Part shown: positions 40,658 through 51,475 of the stretch, in pieces
Layout: each line of letters opens with the position of its first letter
How positions within the stretch are numbered: the stretch's first letter is position 1
DNA from: Promethearchaeota archaeon
Lineage (GTDB): Archaea; Asgardarchaeota; Lokiarchaeia; Sigyniarchaeales; SOKP01
Length of the DNA: 64,000 bases
Direction of reading: 5' to 3'
NCBI GenBank assembly: GCA_019058245.1
Contig: JAHPZJ010000019.1
Span: 46,697 to 110,696 of the forward strand
The notes under the pieces: generated by a model
Databases searched by the model: none
What the model saw: the letters and a program-made list of their open reading frames with translations, nothing else
Told to the model about the DNA's origin: nothing
Translations under genes and position numbers: made by a program

Positions 40658-41691
40658 AAAAAGTTTAATAAAACCTTGCCGAATTGATTACCACTATTTA
40701 AATATGTTTCTGCTTCTCCTGTTTGATTAAAAGGAAAAATTTTATCAATAATTGGATTTAGTTTTCTTTCAAATACTAATTTCATTACTTCTCGAAATTC
40801 TCCTTGGGTTCCCATGGATGTTCCTTTTATTTCTAGATGCTTCCAAAAAAGATTTGCTATATTTAGTTTTGTAAATGGTCCTGTAGTAGCACCGCAAGTA
40901 ATTAATTGACCACCAGGTCTTAATAAACGAATACTATTTTGGAAAGTTGCTTTTCCAATACTATCAATAACAATATCTATACCATGTCTCTCAGTTAATT
41001 CTTTGTAGACATATTTCGTATAATCTTTCATTTCATTGTAATTTAAAACATGATCCGCCCCTATATCTATTGCTTTTGCAATTTTTTCAGGTGTACTAGT
41101 TGTTGCTATAACTTTTGCTCCAAAATATTTGGCAATTTGAATTGCAGCTGTAGAAATACCTCCTCCAGCTCCATGTATGAAAACATAATCTCCTTGCTTC
41201 ACATTAGCTTGCGTCTTCAACATTCTATAAGCAGTCAAAAAAGTTAAAGGTGCTGCAGCTGCTTTATCTAAGGGAAACATTTTAGGTACTTTTAGAACAT
41301 TAATTTCAGGTATTTTAAAATATTCTGCAAATGTTCCCCATCCGTGTTCTCCTATGATTGAAAAATTTTTACAAAATACTTGTCTTCCAGATAAGCAGAA
41401 TTCGCATTTTCCACAAGATATTCCAGGATTTATAGTAACTTCCTCACCAACATCTATAGTAGTTACTTGAGATCCAACTTCCTTCACTATTCCACTCCCA
41501 TCAGCTCCAATCACATGAGGTTTCTTTATGTTTAATCCTGGCCATCCATTAATTACAAATATATCTAAATGATTCAATGCTGCAAACCGAGTCTCTATTA
41601 ATACTTCATTAGGACTTATACTCAAATCATCTACTTCACCAATAGAGATCTCATCTATTTTACCATGTTTAGAAAAATATGCTGCTTTCAT
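40654..41691 (-). CDS. Zinc-binding (MDR) alcohol dehydrogenase/quinone reductase family
   Basis: LNHLD, G.DGSG, CGKCEFC..G....C, GAGGG, GKVLL. Confidence 0.92.
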   Translation of the reverse strand: MKAAYFSKHGKIDEISIGEVDDLSISPNEVLIETRFAALNHLDIFVINGWPGLNIKKPHVIGADGSGIVKEVGSQVTTIDVGEEVTINPGISCGKCEFCLSGRQVFCKNFSIIGEHGWGTFAEYFKIPEINVLKVPKMFPLDKAAAAPLTFLTAYRMLKTQANVKQGDYVFIHGAGGGISTAAIQIAKYFGAKVIATTSTPEKIAKAIDIGADHVLNYNEMKDYTKYVYKELTERHGIDIVIDSIGKATFQNSIRLLRPGGQLITCGATTGPFTKLNIANLFWKHLEIKGTSMGTQGEFREVMKLVFERKLNPIIDKIFPFNQTGEAETYLNSGNQFGKVLLNFF

Positions 41692-41791
41692 CTTAAGTAC
41701 TACATTTTATTTATCCTTTTGAATCTGTTGTTTATATTTTAAAATGAAACTAGGATAAATTAACAAAAAATAAAGATTATAAGAAAAAAGA

Positions 41792-42190
41792 TTATAAACT
41801 TGAGAGTTTTTCTAAATCATCTTGAGAGTTTTCAACAGCCCAATCAAGGAGTTGATCAAAATATCTTTCTACATCATCGGTTTCAGGTGATTTCGACAGA
41901 ATAGCTAAAATAAATTGATTCTTATCATCAGGCATGATAATATTCCTCATCATGATAAAATCCTCTTTGTACTTTATCTTCATACTCATTATCTCAGAAA
42001 GATCTAGCTCCTCGGCTGCTTTATATGCAGAATCACTCAATAACGATCCCATAGCTGCTACAACACGTTCATCAATCTTTTCTTCTTTTTGAGATGCTAA
42101 AACAAGTCCAGTTGAGGTAGCGAAAAGTGACGCTCGAAAATTTCCATTTTCATTAAGTTCTTTAAGTACTAGATCAAGTCTACTTACCAA
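41792..42190 (-). CDS. Roadblock/LC7 domain protein
   Basis: L..L......SLFATSTGLVLAS...ERVVAAMGS.L pattern; 132 aa. Confidence 0.85.
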   Translation of the reverse strand: MVSRLDLVLKELNENGNFRASLFATSTGLVLASQKEEKIDERVVAAMGSLLSDSAYKAAEELDLSEIMSMKIKYKEDFIMMRNIIMPDDKNQFILAILSKSPETDDVERYFDQLLDWAVENSQDDLEKLSSL

Positions 42191-42446
42191 ATCTTAACAC
42201 TCTCAATTATGATTATTCAATGATAACTTAAATTAGACTATAGATTTTTTTTTTTAATATGTTCTTTATCTAAAATGCTTACATAAAATTTCCTTGTAAG
42301 AATAATATGAGTAAATTAATATTTAAAATTATTCAAATGGAACTTTGAATCATATTTTCTAATTTTCGTTTAAAAATTTAATATTTTTTATAATGAGGTA
42401 TTATTTAGAATCAAATTTAATTATCGGAGTGGTATATTCTAAATTA

Positions 42447-42962
42447 TTATTTAAGATTGATAATGAAAGTTGATAAAATATCATTCTCATCAATAGTTAA
42501 AGTAATTACGCTTGGTCTAGCGATAGGTTTCATAAACCCAGGTCTTTCAAGAGGGGCTTTTGGTTTTGTGGGGGAACCAGGATTTAAAAGAAGAACGTTA
42601 AAAGCGGTACCTTTTATTAAAGGTTGATGAGTATGTCCAAAAATTAGAATTTGTAAACCATGTTGTTTTGTGAACTCTTCAAGATTATCTGGTAAAATAT
42701 GGATTACTCCAATATTATACCTTCCTATTGTAAACTTTGTGAAAATTTTTAATTCCTTAATATTATCCAGATTTCCTTGTACACATCTAGTTGCCGCTAT
42801 ACTTTGTAGTTCTTTTAGAAAAAATTCCTCACATACATCACCAGCATGAACAATTTCATCAACATCTTTAAAAACTTTTCTAAGTTGATAGAATAAGGAA
42901 GAAATCTCATCTTTAGAGGAATCATTAGTAATATGCGTGTCAGATAATATCCCCAACTTCAT
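42447..42962 (-). CDS. YfcE/MJ0936-family metallophosphoesterase (Vps29-like fold)
   Basis: SDTH, HAGD, GNLD, FGHTH, LNPGS. Confidence 0.9.
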   Translation of the reverse strand: MKLGILSDTHITNDSSKDEISSLFYQLRKVFKDVDEIVHAGDVCEEFFLKELQSIAATRCVQGNLDNIKELKIFTKFTIGRYNIGVIHILPDNLEEFTKQHGLQILIFGHTHQPLIKGTAFNVLLLNPGSPTKPKAPLERPGFMKPIARPSVITLTIDENDILSTFIINLK

Positions 42963-42976
42963 TAGAATAACACACT

Positions 42977-44038
42977 CTATATTGCTATAATAAAACTCAT
43001 TATAAAAATCAAGAAACTCACAATAATATCAAAAAATATCCGAAAACTCGTGTCACCTATCGTAATCTCGTCTTCCTCATCGCGTTTGAAATAGGATTTA
43101 AGCATACTCAAACCGATGGATACACTTTCTTTGATTTGGGAAAACTGCCAGATAAAAAATATACACCCTATCAATAGTAATGGAATATAAAGATAAAGAG
43201 TTAACACTGAAAAATCTATTTCATTGTTAAAACACCAAATGGCATGAGCTGAGATTATGTTATTTAATGAATGGGCGATAATTACAGGGAAAATCCACTT
43301 TTTTCTTAATACAAATAAAGAAAGGATTATTCCAATAAAAAAAGCTTGTAAAAACCAAATTAATGGAAACCAAATCGGATATAATCTACTTACAGGATCG
43401 AGGAAATAAGCAAAATGACGTAATCCAAAATAGAGAGATGATATCATTACAGCGGATATACTAAAAAAATGTTCACTTCCCCTTTTAGTTATCAGGCCCC
43501 TAGTAATAGTCTCTTCTGACATTGCTACAGAAAATTGAATAATAATTACAGAAACTAAAAATATAATGTAAGATGTTCCTGATGTTAAATAAACATCTGT
43601 ATTCGGACGTGTATAAGATTGGTATTCAAGCATCTCTGGTATTAGTAAGTAACCAAAAAAATCAAATGGTAAAAAAATCAGAAAGAAAATTAATAATCCG
43701 TATAAAATTTGATACTTATAATTCTTTCTGGTCATTTTATATAATTTTAAGTGTCCCTTTGCAGGAGAAAGGCTATCCTCTAAAATAACCTCTTTTTTTT
43801 GAGGAGGTTCAAATACTCTATTAGAGATTATTAAAATAAGTGGTACTCCAATAAATACAAAAATAGCTTTTAAACTATAAATCAATATACCATAAAGTGG
43901 AGAATCTGATTTTACTACTAATGGAATTAAAAAAGTAGGTAATAAAAAAACTAAAATTAGAAGAAAGCCTAAAGCAACTTCTTGCAAGAAAAACCGCATT
44001 CTCTTAAAAGCAATTACTTTCTTACTATTTTGGTACAT
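42977..44038 (-). CDS. CPBP/CAAX-type (Rce1-like) intramembrane protease
   Basis: Multiple TM helices; EE...RG, FG..H and H...N motifs. Confidence 0.88.
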   Translation of the reverse strand: MYQNSKKVIAFKRMRFFLQEVALGFLLILVFLLPTFLIPLVVKSDSPLYGILIYSLKAIFVFIGVPLILIISNRVFEPPQKKEVILEDSLSPAKGHLKLYKMTRKNYKYQILYGLLIFFLIFLPFDFFGYLLIPEMLEYQSYTRPNTDVYLTSGTSYIIFLVSVIIIQFSVAMSEETITRGLITKRGSEHFFSISAVMISSLYFGLRHFAYFLDPVSRLYPIWFPLIWFLQAFFIGIILSLFVLRKKWIFPVIIAHSLNNIISAHAIWCFNNEIDFSVLTLYLYIPLLLIGCIFFIWQFSQIKESVSIGLSMLKSYFKRDEEDEITIGDTSFRIFFDIIVSFLIFIMSFIIAI

Positions 44039-44109
44039 TTATTATCACTTTTATAATTTGAATAAAAAATTATTGAATCAAAAAATTATAAATTTTGTTA
44101 TTTACTAAT

Positions 44110-45063
44110 TTAAAGACTGAAATCTATCTCATCCTCGGTAGGAATACCACTTCTAGCCCCTAATTCTTGAATACAACTTCCTGCAATGTAGTTCCCAATT
44201 TTTACATTGATTTTCAGATCTTCAAAATTAAAACTAAGATTTTTATTAAAACCGTATATAAATCCCGCGGAAAATGCATCTCCTGCTCCAGTTGTATCAA
44301 TTATTTTTTCTACTTTGATGGGTTCAATTAATTCAGCTCTTTTTGAATTTATCAGCCAAGCTCCTTTTTTTCCCGTAGTTATGATAATAATTCTAATCCC
44401 TAATTTGAATAGACTTGATACTTTTTCATTAATTAAATGTCTCTTTAATTTATTATCTACTACTTGAAAGAGATAAAGAAATTCTCTTTCTGAAATAATC
44501 AATATATCGATATCACTTAATAATCCTTGTATCTTACTATAACCTTGTTCAATAACCAACATTCCCGGATTTAAGATTATTGGAATTTTATGTTCTTTTG
44601 CAATTTTAGCGGCTTTCACAAAAGGTGCCAAATTCTGTAAACTACTTAAAAATATTATTTTTGCTTTTAGAATTTCTTCAGAATTTATATCATTTGAAGA
44701 AAGCAAATTTGCTGCTCCGCTATATGCATAAATTCTTCGATCTCCACTTCTATCTATAGCAACATATGCCAGTCCTGTTGCTTGTTCTCGTGAGTACTTA
44801 ATTAAAGTTGTATTAAGTGAAATTTCTTCGAAATCCTTAATGATCTTATTTCCAAATTCATCTTTATATCCTATCTTTCCTATAAATGCTGTTTTTAATC
44901 CTATTAACTTGCAAGCATAAGCTGTATTTGCGGCAGCTCCACCAGACATTATCTGCAAATTTGGTACGAAAATCTCATCATCTTCTATTGGATGCCTTTC
45001 GATTTTAGCGACAATGTCAATAAGAGCGGCACCAATACATATTACATCAAAATCTTTTTCCAT
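44110..45063 (-). CDS. PfkB family carbohydrate/nucleoside kinase
   Basis: GGAAANTA, DTTGAGDAF. Confidence 0.93.
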   Translation of the reverse strand: MEKDFDVICIGAALIDIVAKIERHPIEDDEIFVPNLQIMSGGAAANTAYACKLIGLKTAFIGKIGYKDEFGNKIIKDFEEISLNTTLIKYSREQATGLAYVAIDRSGDRRIYAYSGAANLLSSNDINSEEILKAKIIFLSSLQNLAPFVKAAKIAKEHKIPIILNPGMLVIEQGYSKIQGLLSDIDILIISEREFLYLFQVVDNKLKRHLINEKVSSLFKLGIRIIIITTGKKGAWLINSKRAELIEPIKVEKIIDTTGAGDAFSAGFIYGFNKNLSFNFEDLKINVKIGNYIAGSCIQELGARSGIPTEDEIDFSL

Positions 45064-45075
45064 TAAATAATCTCC

Positions 45076-46260
45076 TTAATCGTAAGTAAAAGAACCAACT
45101 TCTGATTTAAGCTCTAACACATTTTTACCCTTTATTGGAGACTGTTCGCAATATCCAATTATCTTTGAATCAATACGATAATTTTTGGCGATTTTTATAA
45201 TTTCTAAGGAGATAGATTCATCACATAATATTTCCATCCTATGTCCCATATTAAAAACACTGTACATTTCCTTCCATTGAGTTTCAGATGATTTTTGAAT
45301 CAATTTAAATATTTTTGGAATACTGAATAAATTATTCTTTACATATTTTATCCCTTTTCCAAATTTTAGGATTTTAGCTTGACCTCCCCCAGTATTATGA
45401 ATGATGCCATGAATATCATTTCTATAATCTCTTAGGATATCATTTATAACTGGAGCATATGTTCTTGTTGGTGATAATAATGCTTTTCCAATAGTTAAAC
45501 CAAGCTCATCAATCATATCTGTTAATTTATATTTACCAAAAAAAACAAAATTCTCATCGAGATTTTGATCATAACATTCTGGATATTTTTTATAATATTC
45601 ATGTGAAAGTATGCCATGCCTTGCTAATGTTAATCCATTACTCCCAATTCCACTATTATACTCATCTTCATAGGATGCTTTTCCAGAACTAGCTAGACCA
45701 ATTAAAATATCTGTAGATTTAATATTACTGGCATCGATCACATCTTTTCTTTTCAATCTAGTAAATACAGATGCTAATATAGATATACTTTTAACTAAAT
45801 CTCCAATATCTTCAGTTTCACCCCCACAAGTGAGTATTTTTAAGCCATATTTCGAAAATTTTTTGCTAAATGACTCGTACTCATTAATAATAGTGGATAA
45901 TATTTCACCAGAAATAATATTCGCATTTCTCATTATGGTATTAGATAAAAAGAGATCCCCTGTTGCTCCAACACATAATAGATCGTCTATATTCATCGCA
46001 ATGGTATCATGAACAATCCCCTTAAATACACTTATATCTCCCGTTTCTTTATAGTACATATATGCTAAACTTGATTTTGTTCCTGCCCCATCTTCATGAA
46101 ACACCGAACAATAATCCTTATTTCCTGCTATATCTTCAACTATTTTACAAAATGCTCCTGGGAATAACCCTTTATTTATAGATTTTATAGCTAAATGAAC
46201 ATCTTCCTTTTTAGAGGAGACACCTAATTTTTTGTATATATTATTATTATTTTCAGCCAT
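45076..46260 (-). CDS. purM: Phosphoribosylformylglycinamidine cyclo-ligase (AIR synthase)
   Basis: GVSSKKEDV, DGAGTK, MNIDD, GGET, SNGLTLARH, HNTGGG, FNMG. Confidence 0.92.
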   Translation of the reverse strand: MAENNNNIYKKLGVSSKKEDVHLAIKSINKGLFPGAFCKIVEDIAGNKDYCSVFHEDGAGTKSSLAYMYYKETGDISVFKGIVHDTIAMNIDDLLCVGATGDLFLSNTIMRNANIISGEILSTIINEYESFSKKFSKYGLKILTCGGETEDIGDLVKSISILASVFTRLKRKDVIDASNIKSTDILIGLASSGKASYEDEYNSGIGSNGLTLARHGILSHEYYKKYPECYDQNLDENFVFFGKYKLTDMIDELGLTIGKALLSPTRTYAPVINDILRDYRNDIHGIIHNTGGGQAKILKFGKGIKYVKNNLFSIPKIFKLIQKSSETQWKEMYSVFNMGHRMEILCDESISLEIIKIAKNYRIDSKIIGYCEQSPIKGKNVLELKSEVGSFTYD

Positions 46261-46271
46261 TGTATTAAAAT

Positions 46272-47630
46272 TCAGACTTTATATTTATTTTTTAGGAACT
46301 TTACTAAATTCTCTACTTGTTCAACAGCTTGACCAATATATTGATATGGATCAAAAATATCATCTAATTCTGCTTTAGTAAATTTTTCTTTAATTTGATT
46401 GTTTTTAATTAAAATATCTTTCAAGTATAAATCTTTAGTTCTAGCTTCTATTGAGGCTTTACGTAAGATTTCATGCCCTTCTTGTCTTCCAATGCCCTTC
46501 TTTACTAGTTGAACCATAAATTTTTCACTAAGACATGCTCCTTTAGTGAGATTTAGATTTTCCTCAATTTTTTTTTCATTGAATTCAAGACCTATTAAAT
46601 TTTCATTTAATTGTCTAATCATATAATCTAATAGTATGAAATTTTCAGCAAAAACTACTCTCTCAGAAGCAGAGTTTGTTAAGTCTCTTTCATCTTCCAA
46701 AACAATATTATCTAAAGCCACTAATACGTTAGATTTTAGAATTCTAGCTAAACTACATATCCGTTCTGATTTATGAGGATTCCTTTTATGGGGCATTGTT
46801 GAGCTTCCCACTTGCTCTTTTTTAAAGGGTTCAAATATTTCCGCAATTTCATTTCTCTGAAGAATTCTATTTTCTCTAGCAATTTTAGCTAATGTTTGAC
46901 CAATTATTGACGTTAAAAAGACAACTTCAGCATGTCTATCTCTCTGGATAATTTGATTTGCTATAAAAACAGGATTTAAATCAAGTTTATTCATTACCCT
47001 TTTTTGAATTTCTATACCTTTTTCTTCAAAGCTGGCCATTGTCCCTACAGCACCAGACATTTTACCATAAGATATTCGATTAATAATTTCAGAAATACGA
47101 TCTAAATGTCTGCTTATTTCATAAGCCCATACTCCAAATCTCATTCCGTAAGTAGTAGGAATTGCATGTTGACCATGTGTTCTTCCTATACATACTAAAA
47201 TCTTTTTCTCCTCAGTAATTCTTATGAGATTTCTTAATAGATCTAATAAAGCTATTCTTATGTAAATTAAAGCTTCTTTAAGTTGTAAAGCAATCGCAGT
47301 ATCTTCAATATCATAACTGGTTGCACCAAGATGAATATATTTACCAGCATCTCCTTCACATTGCTCTGCTAATGCTTTAACCATTGCCATTAAATCATGA
47401 TGTATTTCTTTATCAATTTCCTTTACTCTCTCTAATTTTATATGAAATAAGTTTGCTTTTTTCTTTATTTCTTTAGCAGCATCATGAGGAATATTGTTTA
47501 ATTCTGCATGAACTTGCGCCAAAACAGCCTCTACCTTTAACCAATTCTCCAATTTTTTTTCTTCTGTGAAAATTTTTGCGATTTCCGTTCGATACCTTGT
47601 TTCTATTGGATGTATAAATTTATGATCCAT
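46272..47630 (-). CDS. purB: Adenylosuccinate lyase
   Basis: HD.MA, HLGATS.D, GRTHGQHA, GSSTMPHKRNP. Confidence 0.96.
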   Translation of the reverse strand: MDHKFIHPIETRYRTEIAKIFTEEKKLENWLKVEAVLAQVHAELNNIPHDAAKEIKKKANLFHIKLERVKEIDKEIHHDLMAMVKALAEQCEGDAGKYIHLGATSYDIEDTAIALQLKEALIYIRIALLDLLRNLIRITEEKKILVCIGRTHGQHAIPTTYGMRFGVWAYEISRHLDRISEIINRISYGKMSGAVGTMASFEEKGIEIQKRVMNKLDLNPVFIANQIIQRDRHAEVVFLTSIIGQTLAKIARENRILQRNEIAEIFEPFKKEQVGSSTMPHKRNPHKSERICSLARILKSNVLVALDNIVLEDERDLTNSASERVVFAENFILLDYMIRQLNENLIGLEFNEKKIEENLNLTKGACLSEKFMVQLVKKGIGRQEGHEILRKASIEARTKDLYLKDILIKNNQIKEKFTKAELDDIFDPYQYIGQAVEQVENLVKFLKNKYKV

Positions 47631-47788
47631 ATTTCTTCCCTTTTTTTATTTTATCCTAATTAAAATAATGATTCGTCCCAAAATATATCTTATTTTATTG
47701 AAGATATTAATCTTAAAATATTTCAATAAAAAAATCAGAAAATTTTAAAGCTGTGAGAGTTAAATTGTTTTGTTCAATTTAAAGCAAT

Positions 47789-47986
47789 ATGAATAATACT
47801 CAGAAATATTTTTTCTTTCGCTGTTATAATTGTGGAGAATGGTATTATTCGAAGAAAATTATTAAATCAAAAAAATGTTGGAAATGCAACCATTCATTTT
47901 TATTCAAAAATTCAACTAAGTTTGCTCGAATCTGCTCACTTAAAGATGCTATCTTAATAGTCAAGAAATTAAAGATTATAGATTAA
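47789..47986 (+). CDS. Small zinc-ribbon protein (DUF1922-like)
   Basis: FFRCYNCG...KKCWKC. Confidence 0.7.
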   Translation: MNNTQKYFFFRCYNCGEWYYSKKIIKSKKCWKCNHSFLFKNSTKFARICSLKDAILIVKKLKIID

Positions 47987-48134
47987 AACTAACTTTTAAT
48001 ACTAATCATTCAAATTAAGAATATATTTAAAAAAGAAAGATATTTAAGCAATTCTTCTCTTTTTTTGATGATAAATAGTTAATAGAAATACCCAAACTAC
48101 TTGATAATTATATTCTAACCTTTAAACGGGAAAA

Positions 48135-49586
48135 ATGGAAATTTCAGACGAATTAAAAGCAATTGATGAATCCTTAGTTAAGCAGTTAAATCAGATAGCA
48201 AAAGAAAAAATTGAATATTGGGATATAAGAGCTGAAATAAATAAGGGAACAAGTATAGATTTTACTGATCAAAAAAGCAAAGCAATATCCTCTTTTGAAG
48301 TTATTGACTGTGGAATTCGAACTTTTAAAAATGGAGGTTGGGGATTTTCAGTTTTAAAGGATTTGAATAGAGAATCTATTAAATTAGGATTTCAAAAAGC
48401 CATTAAATTAGCTTGCCTTTCAGAATCACTTAGCAAACTAAAATTTAAAATTAATCCAACTGATCCAATAATAGAGAAGTTTAAGAATAATCAAAAGAAG
48501 AAGTTGGAAGAGATCGATATAGAAGATAAAATCAATCTTGTTAAAGAACATGAAAAAATAGCTTCAGATTATTCTTCATATGTGAAAAATACTCATACAA
48601 TTTATCTTGATGGGCATTCTCAATACTTATTTCTAAACTCTTTTGGGAGTAATGTTTTTCAGGATTTATCATTTCTACGTTTATTTTGTATGGTTTTTAC
48701 ACAAAAAAATGGTATAGTTGAGAATTCATTGAATTCTGTTGCTGGAATTGGTGGATATGAAATTGTTGAGACAGAAAAAGCTATAAATTTAAGTACAAAA
48801 TCTGCTGAAGAGGCAGTGGCTTTATTAAATGCAAAATCTCCAATTGGCGGTAAATTTACCATTATTGCAGATTCTAAACTAACTGGAACTATAATTCATG
48901 AGGCTTTTGGACATGCATGTGAAGCCGATCACGTGTTAAATAATGAAAGTATATTAAAAGATATGATAGGTGAAACTGTTGCATCAGAAGAAGTAAATAT
49001 AATTGATGACCCAACTATGGGTCAAGGAAGTCAATTTAATTTACCATATGAGTTATTTGGTAGTTATTTTATAGATGATGAGGGAATTCCTTCACAAAAA
49101 ACTATAATTATTGAAAATGGAATTCTAAAAAATTATATTCATAGTTTAGAGACGTCGTCTAGAATGAATGTTTCTCCAAATGGTCATGGCAGAGCGTCTA
49201 GTAGTTCTGATAGACCACAAGTACGTATGGGATTTACTTTTTTAGAGCCAAAAGACTGGAATTTAGATGAAATATTCGAAGATACAAAGAATGGAATTCT
49301 TTGTGAAGATTTTAAATATGGATATACTGATCCTACTACGGGAAATTTTCAATTTAAATGCAAATTTTCTTTTAGAATCCAGAATGGGGAAAAAAAGGAG
49401 ATTATGAGGGATGTTTCTCTAAGTGGGATGATTCTCGAAGCATTAAATAAAATTTCCGCTATTGGAGATCAAAAATCTTTTAATTACTCAGTTGGTATAT
49501 GTGGAAAAGGCGGACAAGGTGTTAGAGTATGTGATGGAGCGCCTTATATACGACTCGAAGATGTAACAATCGGAGGGCAAGATTAA
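48135..49586 (+). CDS. tldD: TldD metalloprotease
   Basis: HEAFGHACEAD, DDEG, CGKGGQ. Confidence 0.93.
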   Translation: MEISDELKAIDESLVKQLNQIAKEKIEYWDIRAEINKGTSIDFTDQKSKAISSFEVIDCGIRTFKNGGWGFSVLKDLNRESIKLGFQKAIKLACLSESLSKLKFKINPTDPIIEKFKNNQKKKLEEIDIEDKINLVKEHEKIASDYSSYVKNTHTIYLDGHSQYLFLNSFGSNVFQDLSFLRLFCMVFTQKNGIVENSLNSVAGIGGYEIVETEKAINLSTKSAEEAVALLNAKSPIGGKFTIIADSKLTGTIIHEAFGHACEADHVLNNESILKDMIGETVASEEVNIIDDPTMGQGSQFNLPYELFGSYFIDDEGIPSQKTIIIENGILKNYIHSLETSSRMNVSPNGHGRASSSSDRPQVRMGFTFLEPKDWNLDEIFEDTKNGILCEDFKYGYTDPTTGNFQFKCKFSFRIQNGEKKEIMRDVSLSGMILEALNKISAIGDQKSFNYSVGICGKGGQGVRVCDGAPYIRLEDVTIGGQD

Positions 49587-50960
49587 ATGGATAATTCTGA
49601 CGTTTATACATTAGCTAAATTTTGTTTGAATCTAATTGAACATAAAAATTCAGAGATAAAATGTACAGATCTTTTCTTTGAGAAAAGTAAATATATTAAT
49701 ATTGAAATTGAAGAAAATTCAATTAAAAATAATGAAATCGGAGAAGATAATGGTGTTTCAATTAGAGTAATTAATAAAAATGGCGCACTCGGGTTTGCTT
49801 ATACAAATGTGCTAAATAGAAAGGCTATCGAAAAGATGTGTAATAATGCCATTAAAATGATGAAAGTTGGTACTCCTGATTCTGATTTTAGAGATTTACC
49901 AAGAGTATTTAATAATTATCCTGTTGTTAAGGATTTATTTGATAAAAATTTAAAATATTTGGAAATTGAAGAATCTCTAAATTATGTTGATGCTTTAATT
50001 AAAATTTGTGCTGATGACGAAATGGCAATTTCCCAATCAGGGAATTTTGCTGCAGACTACTCAAAAACATATATTTTTAATTCTAATGGATTAAATGCTC
50101 TAAAAAAAGATACCAGTTGTCTAATATCTTCGAACATTATTGTTAAGGATAAGTTAAGTAATGATACTTCTTCTGGATATGAAAGACAAGTTGAAAGAAG
50201 TCTTAAAAAGATTGATTCTACAAAAGTAGCAAATTTAGCTCTAGAAGATGCTAAGCGAAATCTTAATAGAAAAAAAATAAAAAGTATGAAAATACCACTA
50301 CTCTTAACACCAAAAGGTACAATTAGTTTAATATTACGGCCAATCGCTGCTGCTGTGAATGCAGAAACTTTTCAATATAAACGGGGATTCCTTGTAGGTA
50401 AAAGAGGCCAAATGATAGGTTCAAAATTTTTAAATATCGAAGATAATGGGCTCATTGATGGTGCTCCAGGATCTCAAATATTTGATGATGAGGGAGTGCC
50501 ATGCAAGAACAAAAAAATCATAGAAATGGGAAAGTTTCTTAAATCAGGCTTATTATATAATAGTTATACAGCCGGGAAGGATGGAGTTGAAAGCTCGGGA
50601 AATGCTTCTAGAAGTTCATATTCTTCAATCCCTTCGATTGGAATAACTAATTTTATTATGAAATCAGGAAATATACCATATGAAGAAATAATAAAAGATA
50701 TCAAGGAAGGTATTATGTTAGATTATACAGGAGATTCTGTAAATTTATCGACAGGTGATTTTAGTGGCTTAATATTACGTGGAAATTTGATTAACAATGG
50801 AGAAATTAGTCATCCATTGAATGAAACAATGATTGGTATAAACGTAATGGATTTATTTAAAAAGATTGATGCCGTTTCAAAAGAACATAAGGTTTATGGA
50901 GCATTTCAAGCCCCCTATGTAAGAATAAGCTCTGCTAATATCATAGGGGGAGCAGATTAA
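49587..50960 (+). CDS. pmbA: TldE/PmbA non-catalytic partner
   Basis: FDDEG, GNA.R, TGDFS; no HExxH; directly follows tldD. Confidence 0.9.
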   Translation: MDNSDVYTLAKFCLNLIEHKNSEIKCTDLFFEKSKYINIEIEENSIKNNEIGEDNGVSIRVINKNGALGFAYTNVLNRKAIEKMCNNAIKMMKVGTPDSDFRDLPRVFNNYPVVKDLFDKNLKYLEIEESLNYVDALIKICADDEMAISQSGNFAADYSKTYIFNSNGLNALKKDTSCLISSNIIVKDKLSNDTSSGYERQVERSLKKIDSTKVANLALEDAKRNLNRKKIKSMKIPLLLTPKGTISLILRPIAAAVNAETFQYKRGFLVGKRGQMIGSKFLNIEDNGLIDGAPGSQIFDDEGVPCKNKKIIEMGKFLKSGLLYNSYTAGKDGVESSGNASRSSYSSIPSIGITNFIMKSGNIPYEEIIKDIKEGIMLDYTGDSVNLSTGDFSGLILRGNLINNGEISHPLNETMIGINVMDLFKKIDAVSKEHKVYGAFQAPYVRISSANIIGGAD

Positions 50961-51475
50961 TTAATTATATTTACCCATAGAAATAAATTATTATAAAATA
51001 CTTCACTTTTATCTTTAATTTCCCATAATTCAATAATAATCCTTTGATTAGATCCTGCTTCTGAGAAAGAAATGTTATATTCCCCATAAAACCTTTCGAC
51101 ATTTGGTTCCAAAGTAAAATTTCCTATTGTAAGAAATAGAGATCCATTTGAGGGAAATGGGCCTACTAATGTATTATTATTACCTTTCAGAATCTGGAAT
51201 CTAAATGCAAATTCCCTATCTAAATAATTCCCAACAGATAAATAAAAAGTAATAGTTTCATTAATAGATGCTTCAGTAGTGAATTCTTCTGCTCTTTGAT
51301 CTTCATTTAAAATACCAAATGTAACATATCCCGGTTCGGGTGTTAAAACATAATAGACAATAAATCCTGAGACAATAATAATACCAAAGATAAGACTAAT
51401 TTTAAGTAATTTCTCAAAAATTTTATTACTATCTGTGATATCTTTTTTTCCATTTTCTTTTTTCATTTCATTCAT
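50957..51475 (-). CDS. DUF1616-like membrane-anchored protein
   Basis: Single TM helix followed by FGILN...AEEF and a beta-rich domain ending in L.LWVN. Confidence 0.7.
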   Translation of the reverse strand: MNEMKKENGKKDITDSNKIFEKLLKISLIFGIIIVSGFIVYYVLTPEPGYVTFGILNEDQRAEEFTTEASINETITFYLSVGNYLDREFAFRFQILKGNNNTLVGPFPSNGSLFLTIGNFTLEPNVERFYGEYNISFSEAGSNQRIIIELWEIKDKSEVFYNNLFLWVNIIN

